DNA of 64,000 nt from Deltaproteobacteria bacterium (GTDB lineage Bacteria > Myxococcota > Kuafuiibacteriia > Kuafuiibacteriales > Kuafuiibacteriaceae), in assembly GCA_040218735.1 (NCBI GenBank), contig JAVJQW010000057.1, positions 128,001 to 192,000 of the forward strand, in the 5' to 3' direction. How positions within the stretch are numbered: the stretch's first letter is position 1; each line of letters begins with the position of its first letter. The notes under the pieces were generated by a model. It made no database searches. It was not told where the DNA came from and saw nothing but the letters and a program-made list of their open reading frames with translations. Made by a program: the position numbers and the translations under genes. Shown piece after piece: positions 28,711 to 38,908 of the stretch.

Positions 28711-29468
28711 ACTGGTACGGCGTGCGCGCGATCTACCGGTTCGAGATGAACCGGACCTTCCGGACGATCTCCCAGAGCCTCATCGCGCCGGTGCTCTCCA
28801 CCTCGCTGTACTTCGTCGTGTTCGGCACGGCGATCGGCAACCGCGTCGGCGACATCGACGGGGTGAGTTACGGCGCGTTCATCATCCCGGGGCTGGTGAT
28901 GCTCTCGCTCCTCTCGGAGAGTGTGTCGAACGCGTCCTTCGGCATCTACCTGCCGCAGTGGACGGGCACGATCTACGAGCTGCTCTCCGCCCCGGTCTCG
29001 TACCTGGAAGCGGTCCTGGGTTACGTCGGCGCCGCGACGACGAAGTCCGTGATGATCGGCGCGCTGATCCTCGCGACGGCGCGGCTGTTCGTGCCCTACG
29101 AGATCGAACATCCGGTGTGGATGCTCGGGTTCCTCTTCCTCACCGCGGTGTCGTTCAGTCTCCTCGGGTTCATCATCGGACTGTGGGCCGACGACTTCCA
29201 GAAGCTGCAGATCGTCCCGGTCATGGTGCTGACGCCCCTGACCTTCCTCGGCGGCGCGTTCTACTCGATTGAGATGCTCTCGCCGACGTGGCAGAAGATC
29301 GCGCTCCTCAACCCGGTCGTCTACCTGATCAGCGGCTTCCGCTGGAGCTTCTACGGCATCTCCGACGTCAACGTGTACGTCAGCCTCGGCGCGATCAGCG
29401 GCTTCCTCTTCGTCGGCCTCGCCGCGGTGTGGTGGGTCTTCAAGACCGGCTGGAAGCTCAAGAAGTGA
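28707..29468 (+). CDS. ABC-2 permease (YadH-like)
   Basis: [35 protein letters not shown]; 6 TM. Confidence 0.92.
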   Translation: MNWYGVRAIYRFEMNRTFRTISQSLIAPVLSTSLYFVVFGTAIGNRVGDIDGVSYGAFIIPGLVMLSLLSESVSNASFGIYLPQWTGTIYELLSAPVSYLEAVLGYVGAATTKSVMIGALILATARLFVPYEIEHPVWMLGFLFLTAVSFSLLGFIIGLWADDFQKLQIVPVMVLTPLTFLGGAFYSIEMLSPTWQKIALLNPVVYLISGFRWSFYGISDVNVYVSLGAISGFLFVGLAAVWWVFKTGWKLKK

Positions 29469-30129
29469 CGCCCGCGAGGCGCCGGATGTCGGCGTTCTCC
29501 AACACCGGATCTGCGTGTTCTCCCGTCCCGTCGATCGCCGCGATGACCATCGCGCGGGCGAGCTGGTCGGACGCGATCCCCATGTTCGGTGCGACCGCAC
29601 GGATCGCGGGCCACAGCGAACGGAACACACGGTAACTCAGGTTGGGTTCCTGGCGTGGCTCGACGGGATAGATGTACCCCGGCCGAAACAGGTGCACGCG
29701 CGCGAAGCCCTGCGCGCGCAACGCGTTCTCCGCGGCGCCCTTGTACCGGGCGAACGCCATGCGGCTCTTCTCGGTCGGGTCCGCGCCCTGCCCGCTCAAC
29801 AGACAGAACACCGCGCGTGGGTTCGTCGCGTGGAGCGCGGCGGCGAAACGTACGACGTGGTCCACGGTGATGCGTCGGAACGCATCGTCCGGCACCGAAC
29901 CGGTGTAGACCCCCGCGCAGTAGATCGCCGCGTCGTGGCCTTCGAACCGCTCCGCGATCGGCGTGAAGTCATCGAAGTCGGCGTGAACGACCTCGTCGAG
30001 TTTGTCGTGTCCAAGGCCCGTCGCGCGGCGACCGACGGTCGTCACGCCTCGTACGTCGTCGCGCCCGAGGCAGAGCTTCAGGACGTGGCCGCCGACCATC
30101 CCCGTCGCGCCGGTGAGCAGGATGCGCAC
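29458..30129 (-). CDS. NAD(P)-binding Rossmann-fold protein (atypical SDR/epimerase)
   Basis: [20 protein letters not shown]. Confidence 0.88.
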   Translation of the reverse strand: MRILLTGATGMVGGHVLKLCLGRDDVRGVTTVGRRATGLGHDKLDEVVHADFDDFTPIAERFEGHDAAIYCAGVYTGSVPDDAFRRITVDHVVRFAAALHATNPRAVFCLLSGQGADPTEKSRMAFARYKGAAENALRAQGFARVHLFRPGYIYPVEPRQEPNLSYRVFRSLWPAIRAVAPNMGIASDQLARAMVIAAIDGTGEHADPVLENADIRRLAGVTS

Positions 30130-30188
30130 GCGCGGATGCTGCCCGAGCGCCGGGCGCAGGTCGAGCCGTGCGCGACGCTCGACGACGG

Positions 30189-31064
30189 GTGATACTCCCC
30201 CGCGTGAGGGTCGGTTGGTGGGCGGCGCGCGCGCGCGGAGGGACGCCGGGGCGAATCACGCCGGGGTTCCTTCGAGCGTTCGAGCTCGTCGCGGCGCCGG
30301 TCGTCCGCGTCGCGTTCCGTCCGACGATCGAAGGCGTCGAGCGCCTGCGCCGGGACCAGCCCGCGCTGATCGTCGCGAACCACTCCGGCGGGTTCGCGCT
30401 CGCGGAGATCTTCTCGCTCGTGACGCTCTACCTCGCCCACCTCCGTGGCGTGCGCATCGCCGCGCTCGGGCACCCGTTTGCGTACCACCTCTGGCCGATG
30501 CCCTACATCATGCGCGCGCTCGGGACGGTGCCCGCGACCTACGAGGCCGCGCGCCAGGCGCTCGAAGAAGGCGCGAGTGTCCTCGTGTTCCCCGGGGGGG
30601 ATTACGAAGTGTCACGTCCGTTCTGGCAGGCGGACCGCGTCGACTTCAACGGACGCAAGGGCTTCCTGAAGATCGCGCGCGCCGCGAACGTGCCGATCGT
30701 TCCCCTGGGCATCCGCAACAGTCACTGGTCGGTGCCCATCCTCTGGCGTTCGACCTTCGTGCTGCCGTGGGTGCTCGTGCTGCCGAAACTCTTCGGACTC
30801 AAACGGTATCCGCTCTCGTTGCTCTCGGTGGTCGGCGCGATCGTTCTGCTCGCGATCATCCCGGATGCGTACGGTTGGCCTTGGGCGATCGCTGCGACGT
30901 GGTCGTGGATGTCGTGTCCGGTGACGTTGATCCCGATCGTCCCCGTCACCGTGCGCTTCTTCGTCGGGCGTGAAATCCCAGTTTACGAATTGTCAGGTGA
31001 TGAAGATCTCGACGCGTCGTACCGACGCGTCGTGGGTGAGATTCAGTCGCTCGTTCGTCCCTGA
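30189..31064 (+). CDS. Lysophospholipid/diacylglycerol acyltransferase family protein
   Basis: IVANHSG, LVFPGG, GFLKIA..ANVPIVP; start uncertain. Confidence 0.85.
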   Translation: MILPRVRVGWWAARARGGTPGRITPGFLRAFELVAAPVVRVAFRPTIEGVERLRRDQPALIVANHSGGFALAEIFSLVTLYLAHLRGVRIAALGHPFAYHLWPMPYIMRALGTVPATYEAARQALEEGASVLVFPGGDYEVSRPFWQADRVDFNGRKGFLKIARAANVPIVPLGIRNSHWSVPILWRSTFVLPWVLVLPKLFGLKRYPLSLLSVVGAIVLLAIIPDAYGWPWAIAATWSWMSCPVTLIPIVPVTVRFFVGREIPVYELSGDEDLDASYRRVVGEIQSLVRP

Positions 31065-31106
31065 TCACGTCACAGCTACGACGAGAGCCGACACCCACCA
31101 ACCACG

Positions 31107-31892
31107 GTGTTGTCTTGTGCTCTCCTCCTGGTCGCGATGCCGCACGTCGGCGGAAAGGTCGCGGTGTTCGACGTGCAAGCGACGGACGTCCGCGAAGCGT
31201 TGCTCCCGATCCTCACGGAGGTGCTCACGACCGAAGTCGCCAACGCACGCGTCTTCGACGAAGTCCTCGCCGGTCGCGACGTGCAGCAGATGCTCAGCTT
31301 CGAAGAGAAGAAGCAGATGGTCGGTTGCGACGACACGAGCTGCCTCGCCGAGATCGGCGGCGCGCTCGGCGTCGACCGGTTGATCGTCCCGCAGATCGCG
31401 CGGGTGTCTGCTTCGTGGATCGTCACGTTGAAGCAGATCGACATCCGGGGTGCGTCGACCGAAGGCCGCGTCTACGACACGTTCGAAGGTGACGAAGGCG
31501 CACTGCTCGCGGGCGTACGTAGCTCCGTCGTTCGACTCCTCGGCGGCGCCCCCGTCGCGTCCACGCTCACGACCACGGCACCGGAGTCGTCGTTCCCGAT
31601 CGTCCCCGTCGCGCTGTGGTCGACCGCCGCCGTGAGCGCGGGCGTCGGCGTCGCGCTCGCGCTGAAAGCGAAGGGGCACGAGGACAACGCGTACGACCCG
31701 AGCTTCGTCGGCGCCCAACACGAGATCGAACGGAGCCGCGACGCCGCGCTCGGCGCGAACGTCGCGCTCGCGACCGCAGGCGCACTCGCGGTGGGCGGCG
31801 CGCTCGCGTGGTGGCTCACCGGCGACGACGTGAGCGCGGGCGTCACCGCGAATGAAGGCGGCGCACACGCCGTCGTCGCGGGGCGGTTCTGA
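31107..31892 (+). CDS. Exported protein with TolB_N-like Cys-pair domain and C-terminal hydrophobic hairpin
   Basis: Signal peptide, GCDDTSCLAEIGGALG, Gly/Ala-rich hairpin, terminal strand ending GRF. Confidence 0.75.
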   Translation: MLSCALLLVAMPHVGGKVAVFDVQATDVREALLPILTEVLTTEVANARVFDEVLAGRDVQQMLSFEEKKQMVGCDDTSCLAEIGGALGVDRLIVPQIARVSASWIVTLKQIDIRGASTEGRVYDTFEGDEGALLAGVRSSVVRLLGGAPVASTLTTTAPESSFPIVPVALWSTAAVSAGVGVALALKAKGHEDNAYDPSFVGAQHEIERSRDAALGANVALATAGALAVGGALAWWLTGDDVSAGVTANEGGAHAVVAGRF

Positions 31893-33268
31893 TGCGGCGC
31901 CCGCTCTTCATCGCGGCCCTCACGCTCGCGGCGTGCAGCGTCGACCCGCCCGGCGAGGGTGACCTCGAGTTCCCGTGCACCACCGACGACGACTGCGTCG
32001 ACGGCTACACCTGTCAGGCGAACGTGTGCCGGACGGGAGCGCGCGACGGCGGAGCCGCGACGGACGCGGGCACGAATCGGGACGGCGGCGCGGCGCGCGA
32101 CGGCTCCACCACCGACGGCGGAGCCGACCGCGACGGTGGAACGAACGGCGACGGCGGAACGGACCGCGACGGTGGCACCGAGCGGGACGCGGGGCCGTGT
32201 GACGAGACCTGGTGCGACGGCGAGTGCGTCGACCCCCAGGTGAGCGTCGCGCACTGCGGCGCGTGTGGCTTCGACTGCGCGGGCGGCGCGTGCATCGACG
32301 GCGTGTGCCAAGCGTTCGTCTGGCAGGACCTCCCCGGCCAACGCCCCGGTCGCCTCGCGGCCGACGCCGACGATCTCTACTGGACGATCGACGCCTCCGC
32401 CGGCGGCGTCTTCCAACGCACGTTCTTCGGCGGGCCGGGCCCCGTCCCCGTCGCGACCAACCAGTCCTACCCGGACCGCCTCGTCGTGTCGGATCAACAC
32501 GTGGCGTGGACGGCGCTCGACGAACGCTCCGGTCCGCGCCCCGGTCACGTCCGCTACCGCGACAAGGCGCTCGCGGCGCCGCTCGTCGACGTCACCACGG
32601 CGACGCAGCGCTCCCCCGACGGCTTCGCGATCGCCGACGGCCGAATCTTCTGGACCGTCGACAGCCCGCTCTATCTGCGCGCACACCCGATCGGCACGGC
32701 GGTCGACACCTACGCCGAGCTGCAGTTCTCCGGCGGGTCGAGCTTCGTGCAGACGATGGTCGCCGACGACACGTACGTGTACTGGTTCGACGCCAACGCA
32801 AACCTCTTCCGCGTCGCGCACGCGCTCGTCGGCGAGACGCCGGACCCGATGCTGAGCAACCAAGAGGAGGAGCCGAAGGATGCCCTCCTCTTGGGCGACT
32901 GGATCTACTACGGCGACAGCGCGAACGGCCTCAACACCACCGGCTGGCTGCGTCGCACGAACAAGAGCACCTTCGCGACGGAGACACTCACCACCCGCGC
33001 GAACCCGGACGACGAAACCCACGGCGTCTACGCGCTCGCGAGCGACGGCGTGCTGCTCTACTACACGACAGAGGCGCCGAGCGGTCGCCTGGCCAACGTC
33101 TGGTCGATCCCCCTCGCCGGCGGAACCCCCGAGCGGGTCGCCCCGGTGACCAACCCGGCGAACACCTCGGCCCGCGGGCTCGCCGCGGTCGACGGGGTGG
33201 TGTTCTGGTCCGAGTGGACCTCGGACGGGTCGACGAACGGTCGCATCCGCGCGCGCCGCGTGCGATGA
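31892..33268 (+). CDS. Lipoprotein with Cys-rich modules, DGG repeats and beta-propeller
   Basis: Lipobox LAAC; CTTDDDC; HCGACGFDC; LYWT/IFWT/VYWF blades; TGATG coupling to the upstream gene. Confidence 0.8.
   Translation: MRRPLFIAALTLAACSVDPPGEGDLEFPCTTDDDCVDGYTCQANVCRTGARDGGAATDAGTNRDGGAARDGSTTDGGADRDGGTNGDGGTDRDGGTERDAGPCDETWCDGECVDPQVSVAHCGACGFDCAGGACIDGVCQAFVWQDLPGQRPGRLAADADDLYWTIDASAGGVFQRTFFGGPGPVPVATNQSYPDRLVVSDQHVAWTALDERSGPRPGHVRYRDKALAAPLVDVTTATQRSPDGFAIADGRIFWTVDSPLYLRAHPIGTAVDTYAELQFSGGSSFVQTMVADDTYVYWFDANANLFRVAHALVGETPDPMLSNQEEEPKDALLLGDWIYYGDSANGLNTTGWLRRTNKSTFATETLTTRANPDDETHGVYALASDGVLLYYTTEAPSGRLANVWSIPLAGGTPERVAPVTNPANTSARGLAAVDGVVFWSEWTSDGSTNGRIRARRVR
32041..32195 (+). 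repeat. Imperfect coding tandem repeat (RDGG/TDGG/DAG linker)
   Basis: About nine D-G-G/D-A-G units, mostly 5-6 aa apart. Confidence 0.75.
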
Positions 33269-33275
33269 CCGACGG

Positions 33276-33965
33276 GTGTCCGACGCCGCCGAGAGCCCAC
33301 GCGCGATCGCGCTGCGCGGCGCGCGCGACATGCTGCCGGTCATGCTCGGCGGCATCCCGTTCGGACTGATCGCCGGCGTCTCCGCGTCGGGGCTCGAGCT
33401 GTCGCCGCTGGAGGCCACCGCGATCTCCGCTTCGGTGTTCGCGGGTGCGTCGCAGCTCGCCGCCTACGAGCTGCTCGCCAATGACGCGCCGCTGATCGTC
33501 GTCTTCATCACCGCGGTGATCATCAACCTGCGCTTCATGATCTACAGCGCGGCGATCGCACCGACCTTCCGAGGTGAGCCGCTCCCGAAGCGCATCGTCT
33601 ACGCGTACCTGTTGACCGACCAAGCCTACGCGCTGACCGCGGCGCGCGAACGTTCGCTCCCACACCGCGTCGCGTATTACTTCGGCTGCGCAGTACCCAT
33701 GTGGACGATGTGGGTGAGCACGACGGCGGTCGGCGCGTTCGCGGGCGCGTCGATACCTCCGTCGTGGTCCTTGGAGTTCGCGGTGCCGCTTTGTTTCATC
33801 GCGCTGCTCGCGCCGGCCATCCGCGACCGAAAGCAGGTCGCGTGCGCCGTCGTCACGGCGGTGGCTGCGGTGCTGCTGCTGAAGGCGCCGCACCACAGCG
33901 GCGTCATCCTCTCCGTGCTGATCGGCATCGGCTTCGGCCTCGCGTTGGATCGGGTGCGCGCGTGA
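33276..33965 (+). CDS. azlC: AzlC branched-chain amino acid exporter, large subunit
   Basis: FAGASQ, INLRF, LTDQAYA, LEFAVPLCFI. Confidence 0.88.
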   Translation: MSDAAESPRAIALRGARDMLPVMLGGIPFGLIAGVSASGLELSPLEATAISASVFAGASQLAAYELLANDAPLIVVFITAVIINLRFMIYSAAIAPTFRGEPLPKRIVYAYLLTDQAYALTAARERSLPHRVAYYFGCAVPMWTMWVSTTAVGAFAGASIPPSWSLEFAVPLCFIALLAPAIRDRKQVACAVVTAVAAVLLLKAPHHSGVILSVLIGIGFGLALDRVRA

Positions 33966-34252
33966 GCTGGGTCCTCCTCTTCGGCGCCATCGCGGCGGCC
34001 ACGTTGTTGCTCCGCGCGTCCTTCATCCTGAGCGGCGGGTCGGGGGCGTTCTTCGAGCGCCTCGCGCGCTACGTTCCGATCGCCGCCCTCACGGCGCTGG
34101 TCGTGCCGGCGGTCCTCCCGCAGGACGGCGAACCCATCTACGCGCGCGGCGTCGCGGCGGGGCTCGCGTTCGCCGTCGCGTACCGTGTGAAGAACGTCCT
34201 GGTGACGGTCATCGTCGGGATGGCCGCGTTACTCGTCCTCTTGGCGCTCTGA
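33962..34252 (+). CDS. azlD: AzlD small subunit
   Basis: TLLLRASF, RYVPIAALTALV; GTGA overlap with azlC. Confidence 0.85.
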   Translation: MSWVLLFGAIAAATLLLRASFILSGGSGAFFERLARYVPIAALTALVVPAVLPQDGEPIYARGVAAGLAFAVAYRVKNVLVTVIVGMAALLVLLAL

Positions 34253-34951
34253 GCCGAGCGGCTCGCGCCCGTGCTCTTCCATCAACGCGTCGTACTCCTC
34301 GAGCAGAGTACGGCCGTTGATCTTCGGTGCCTTGATGCCGAGGACATTCATGGTGACCAGACCTGCGTACGCGACGGCCCGGTCGCGCTCGTTGTAACGC
34401 GACACGGTGCGGAGCGAGGCGAGGCTATCTCGCACCGTGCGAATGATGCGCTCTTCGATCCGTGTGGGGATGTTCGGGAGCGCAAAGACATCCGAAAGCT
34501 CGGCCAAGTGTCGCGCCATCGGGACGTGGTACTCGGGGTCGGTGTGGGCGAGCCGTTGCTCGCGACGCTCGGCTGCCTCGGAACGAAACGCGGTCACGAG
34601 GTCGAGGATCTCGGACACCTGGAACGGTTTGCGGATGACCCGGATGTCGAGCGCGCTCGCGGTGCGATCGATGTGGGTCTCCTCCGACCCCGTCACCAAC
34701 GCGATCTTCAGGAACGGGTTGTTCTTGCGGAGATACTCGCCGAATACGAGCCCCTCCATCCCCGGCAAGTTCTGGTCGAGAAAGGCGATTTGGAACGTCG
34801 TGTAGGGGAGGAGCTCCAAGCCCTCCTCTGCTGATTCCACTGAAAAGATTTGGTGACCACCGGGTAACAAGACCTGGGTGAGGAGGTCGCGCATGTCGGG
34901 GTCGTCATCGATGACGAGGATGTGCAGGAGGTCCTGATCGGCCGGTTCCAT
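34229..34951 (-). CDS. Response regulator (receiver plus uncharacterised helical C-terminal domain)
   Basis: [23 protein letters not shown]. Confidence 0.88.
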   Translation of the reverse strand: MEPADQDLLHILVIDDDPDMRDLLTQVLLPGGHQIFSVESAEEGLELLPYTTFQIAFLDQNLPGMEGLVFGEYLRKNNPFLKIALVTGSEETHIDRTASALDIRVIRKPFQVSEILDLVTAFRSEAAERREQRLAHTDPEYHVPMARHLAELSDVFALPNIPTRIEERIIRTVRDSLASLRTVSRYNERDRAVAYAGLVTMNVLGIKAPKINGRTLLEEYDALMEEHGREPLGSERQEDE

Positions 34952-34988
34952 GGGTCAGCTCGCTTCCTGGGACGTCCCTCGACAGTCG

Positions 34989-35017
34989 TTGACAAGAACA
35001 GGGCTCCTAGGTTCCTT
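34989..35017 (+). promoter_or_regulatory. Candidate sigma70 promoter of ahcY
   Basis: TTGACA-N17-TTCCTT-N6-ATG; perfect -35 but weak -10. Confidence 0.4.
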
Positions 35018-35023
35018 CACCCC

Positions 35024-36340
35024 ATGGACGAGAGCAAGACCTACAAAGTCGCCGACATTGCCCAGGCCGATTTCGGACGCAAGGAAATCGAAATCGCCGA
35101 GACCGAGATGCCCGGTCTGATGGCGCTCCGCGAGGAGTACGGCGCGAGCCAGCCGCTCAAGGGCGCCCGCATCGCCGGCTGCCTCCACATGACGATCCAG
35201 ACCGCCGTGCTCATCGAGACGCTCGCGGCCCTGGGCGCCGAGGTCACCTGGACCTCGTGCAACATCTACTCGACGCAGGACCACGCCGCCGCCGCGATCG
35301 CGAAGGCCGGCATCCCGGTGTTCGCCTGGAAGGGTGAGACCGAGAAGGAGTACGTCGACTGCCTCGACCTCCAGCTCGGCGCGTTCAAGGACGGCAAGGC
35401 GCCGAACATGATCCTCGACGACGGCGGCGACCTCACCGCGCACGTCCACGAGAAGTTCCCGCAGTACTTCGAGGGCAACGACGCGATCCGCGGCGTCTCC
35501 GAGGAGACGACCACGGGCGTCAACGCGCTCCGCAAGCTCGAGAAGGCCGGCAAGCTCCTCTGCGCCGCGATGAACGTGAACGACTCGGTCACGAAGTCGA
35601 AGTTCGACAACCTCTACGGTTGCCGTGAGTCGGGCCTCGACGGCCTCAAGCGCGCGACGGACGTGATGGTCGCGGGCAAGACGGCGGTCGTCGCGGGTTA
35701 CGGCGACGTCGGCAAGGGCACCGCCCACGCGCTGCGTGGCCAGGGCGCCCGCGTGCTGATCACCGAGATCGACCCCATCTGCGCGCTGCAGGCCGCGATG
35801 GAGGGCTACCAGGTCGTCACGATGGACGAGGCCGCCCCGGTGGGTGACATCTTCATCACGGCCACGGGTAACGACGACGTCATCACCGCCGAGCACATGA
35901 AGGCGATGAAGAACGAGGCGATCCTCGCGAACATCGGCCACTTCGACACCGAGATTCAGGTCGCGTGGTTGGAGAACAACGACGAGATCAAGTGCGACCC
36001 GATCAAGCCGCAGGTCGATCACTTCATCTTCCCCGACGGCAAAAAGATCACGCTCCTCGCGCGCGGTCGTCTGATGAACCTCGGCTGCGCAACGGGTCAC
36101 CCGTCGTTCGTGATGTCGTGCTCGTTCACCAACCAGGTGCTCGCGCAGATCGAGCTGTGGAACAACACGAGCAAGTACGAGAAGAAGGTGTACATGCTCC
36201 CGAAGAAGCTCGACGAGAAGGTCGCCGCGCTTCACCTCGACCGCCTCGGCGCGAAGCTCACCACGCTCACGCAGAAGCAGGCGGACTACCTCGGGGTGGA
36301 GATCGAGGGTCCGTTCAAGCCGGAGCACTACCGCTACTAG
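35024..36340 (+). CDS. ahcY: Adenosylhomocysteinase
   Basis: [65 protein letters not shown]. Confidence 0.98.
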   Translation: MDESKTYKVADIAQADFGRKEIEIAETEMPGLMALREEYGASQPLKGARIAGCLHMTIQTAVLIETLAALGAEVTWTSCNIYSTQDHAAAAIAKAGIPVFAWKGETEKEYVDCLDLQLGAFKDGKAPNMILDDGGDLTAHVHEKFPQYFEGNDAIRGVSEETTTGVNALRKLEKAGKLLCAAMNVNDSVTKSKFDNLYGCRESGLDGLKRATDVMVAGKTAVVAGYGDVGKGTAHALRGQGARVLITEIDPICALQAAMEGYQVVTMDEAAPVGDIFITATGNDDVITAEHMKAMKNEAILANIGHFDTEIQVAWLENNDEIKCDPIKPQVDHFIFPDGKKITLLARGRLMNLGCATGHPSFVMSCSFTNQVLAQIELWNNTSKYEKKVYMLPKKLDEKVAALHLDRLGAKLTTLTQKQADYLGVEIEGPFKPEHYRY

Positions 36341-36352
36341 CCTTCGGGCTGG
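36337..36352 (+). terminator. Small C(UUCG)G hairpin after the ahcY stop
   Basis: CTAGCC-TTCG-GGCTGG; short stem, no strong U-tract. Confidence 0.3.
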
Positions 36353-36361
36353 TTCGAGTTC

Positions 36362-37114
36362 GTGAGCGACGAACCCAAATGGTCGAAGTTCGCGCGGGGT
36401 CTCGCCGACTCCGCGCGGACCGCCACCAGTGACCTCGGCGACAAACTCGCCGGGGTCGCCGCGACCGCCCGTGAGAAGGCGGCCAAGGCCGGGGAGACGA
36501 CCCGCTTCGTCATCGAATCCCTCGGCAACGCCTCCGAAGATCGTGATCACCTCCCGGGCCTGACGCAGCGGTTCGTCCGCGCGTTGTCGGGACTCGAAGG
36601 CCAGCTCGACCGCGAAGCCACGGCGGTCGCCATCGGCTACCTCGGCGGCGGCGGCGTGGGTGTCTCGCAGATGGCGGGCACCGAGATCTTCTACCTCCGG
36701 CCCGACGGCCCGGTGCGCGGCCAGCTCCGCGTCAGCACGGTGAGCGGCCAGGTCGCCCGCCTCGCCTTCGGCGCCTCCACCGGCGCCTACGCCGCCTGCT
36801 TCTACGGCGACCGTGACGTCCTCTCCCGCCCCACGCGACGCCGCGGCGCGGACGTGGAGATCCTCGTCGCCTCGATCGGCTTCTTCCGCGTCGAGTCCCA
36901 CCGCGACGACCGCCGCGCCGCCGGCTGGATGGTCGGCCTCGGCGCCGGCGTCGGCCTCGGCGTCCCCATCCTCTCGGAGCTGTCGGGCTTCGACCTCACG
37001 GAGGCCGTGCAGGGCTCCTTCCCGCTCGACGCGCGCGACGCCGCGACCATCGAAGCCGTGGTGAAGAGCGCGCCGGACCGCGGCGTGCGACGCAGGATCG
37101 CGCAGGCGTTGTAG
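36362..37114 (+). CDS. Hypothetical protein
   Basis: 250-aa ORF with strong GC3 bias; amphipathic N-terminus and Gly-rich beta segments. Confidence 0.7.
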   Translation: MSDEPKWSKFARGLADSARTATSDLGDKLAGVAATAREKAAKAGETTRFVIESLGNASEDRDHLPGLTQRFVRALSGLEGQLDREATAVAIGYLGGGGVGVSQMAGTEIFYLRPDGPVRGQLRVSTVSGQVARLAFGASTGAYAACFYGDRDVLSRPTRRRGADVEILVASIGFFRVESHRDDRRAAGWMVGLGAGVGLGVPILSELSGFDLTEAVQGSFPLDARDAATIEAVVKSAPDRGVRRRIAQAL

Positions 37115-37117
37115 GCC

Positions 37118-38908
37118 CTAGGACGTCGCTCGATCCACGGCCTGGCACCACGCGTTCCCGGGCGCCTCTTCGAACGCCACGCTCGTCGCAAGCGCCTGGC
37201 TCTGGCGCGCCTCGCCTTCGCCGCAGGTCGACAGCACGCGCTCCACCGTGACGACCTCGGCGAGGCGTTCGAGCGCGCGCCCGATCTGTTCTCCATCGGC
37301 CGCGAGGTGCCTCGCGCGGTACCAGTCACGCGCGCGGAACATCCGCGGGCGGCCCGCCACCGTGCTCAGGCGCGTGCGTCCGTCCGGGAGCGTGAACGCT
37401 GCGACCGCGACGTTCATGCGCGGGTGGCGGTCCAAGGCGTCCGCGAGGCGCGCGGCGCAGTCGGGGTCGAGCTGGTCGCCCTCGCCCACCTCCAGGATGT
37501 ACTCCGCGCGCGCCGCATCGATGGCCGCCGACACGTCGCCGCACCGGACCTCCGTCGACACACCCACCTGCGCGAACGTCGCGGGCACCCGGCTCACGAT
37601 CGCGACCTTCGGGACCTCGAAGGTCTCTCCCGGCGCCTCGAGACGTTCGACCGGGATCTTGCTCCGCGTCATCACGCGCGTCGTTTGGGCGTCCTCCTCC
37701 CGGACGACCGCGTCGGGGTGCTCCTGGTGGTGCGCGAGCGCCTCGCGCTCGGCGATGAACCAAGCGCCGCGGCGGTAGAGACGGTAGGAGAACTCGACGT
37801 CCTCGCCACCCCACCGCTCGTACGACTCGTCGAAGCCACCGACCGCCAACGCGTCGCGCCGAAAGAACGCGAGGTTGCCGCTCGCACCGAACCGATAGCC
37901 GTACGGCTCCTTCCGAAGGTCGTGGGTCTCGTCGTAGCGCGGGATGCGCCAGTCGAGCGTCGGCGCTTCCGCCAAACGAATCGCCGCCGGAGCGAGACGG
38001 TCCGGCAGGCGCTCCACCACGCGCGAGTCCGCCTCGATCTCCTCCACGCTGACGTCGTCCGTCGCGACGAAACGTCGCCCGCCGACCGTCACCAGCGGCG
38101 CTTCGGTGACGTGGAACCACCGTGCGTGCGCAGCGAGCAGCTCCGGCGCCGGGAGCATGTCGCAGTCGAGCAGCACGATCACCTCACCCCGGGCCGCCTG
38201 CATGCCGAGGTTGCGCACCCGTGCCGCGCGGAAGCCGAGGTCCTCCTGCCGCACGACACAAACCCGGAGCCGATCGCGGAAACGACGCACGAGCAACTCC
38301 GGTTCGTCGTTGCTCCCGTCGTCCGCGATGATCACCTCGACGAGCTCCAGCGGATACGTCGACGCCGCGAGCGCGGCGAGCGTCTTCGCGAGGATCGGGC
38401 GACGGTTGTAGACCGGAATCACCACCGACACCTCGAGACGCTCCCAACCCATCGGCAGATCCGCGACCCGACGCGCGAGCGCCGAGAAGTCGTTGTCCAG
38501 CGCGAGGCCCGCCTCGCGATCCGAAGCGCGCCGCAGCGACGCCACACGCCGGCGCACGCGACGCGCCGTCGTCCGCAGCCGCGGCAGCGCCATCACCTGC
38601 TCCACCGCGAGGTCCGCAAACGCGAGCGGCGCCAAGATGCCCCGCCGCACGACGAACCGCGACGCCCCTGGCACCGCCATCGCGACCAGCTCGAGCTTGC
38701 GCTGGTGCTGCGCGACGACCACCGCGTTCGCTCGAATGGAACGCGCGGCGCGCAGCGCTCCCGCCAACCCGCACGGGAGGTCACGCCCCAACGTCAGCAG
38801 CCGCGCGCCCGGGAACGCCGTGGCCATCGCCGCACGCACCGAATCGTCGGGCGCATTGAGCAGCACGACGACGTCGCCCCGCGGTACGTCTCGCGCCCCC
38901 GGGATCAA
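37118..38908 (-). CDS. GT2 glycosyltransferase, chondroitin/hyaluronan synthase (KfoC/PmHAS)-like
   Basis: SVVIPVYNR, DDGS, RQEDLGFRA..RNLG, LDCDM, LDWR, ASGN, WGGEDVEF, HQE, followed by a degenerate second GT-A domain (RMFRARDW). Confidence 0.85.
   Translation of the reverse strand: MIPGARDVPRGDVVVLLNAPDDSVRAAMATAFPGARLLTLGRDLPCGLAGALRAARSIRANAVVVAQHQRKLELVAMAVPGASRFVVRRGILAPLAFADLAVEQVMALPRLRTTARRVRRRVASLRRASDREAGLALDNDFSALARRVADLPMGWERLEVSVVIPVYNRRPILAKTLAALAASTYPLELVEVIIADDGSNDEPELLVRRFRDRLRVCVVRQEDLGFRAARVRNLGMQAARGEVIVLLDCDMLPAPELLAAHARWFHVTEAPLVTVGGRRFVATDDVSVEEIEADSRVVERLPDRLAPAAIRLAEAPTLDWRIPRYDETHDLRKEPYGYRFGASGNLAFFRRDALAVGGFDESYERWGGEDVEFSYRLYRRGAWFIAEREALAHHQEHPDAVVREEDAQTTRVMTRSKIPVERLEAPGETFEVPKVAIVSRVPATFAQVGVSTEVRCGDVSAAIDAARAEYILEVGEGDQLDPDCAARLADALDRHPRMNVAVAAFTLPDGRTRLSTVAGRPRMFRARDWYRARHLAADGEQIGRALERLAEVVTVERVLSTCGEGEARQSQALATSVAFEEAPGNAWCQAVDRATS

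Noticed and set aside
34952-35023. SAH riboswitch upstream of ahcY
   Set aside because: Only 72 bp, shared with a divergent gene, no recognisable conserved SAH motif, and the promoter appears to abut the start codon
34955-36901. Long 648-aa antisense ORF over ahcY, and many similar Arg/Ala/Pro-rich shadow ORFs
   Set aside because: These are stop-poor alternative frames expected from high GC3 bias; they overlap well-supported genes and have no motifs
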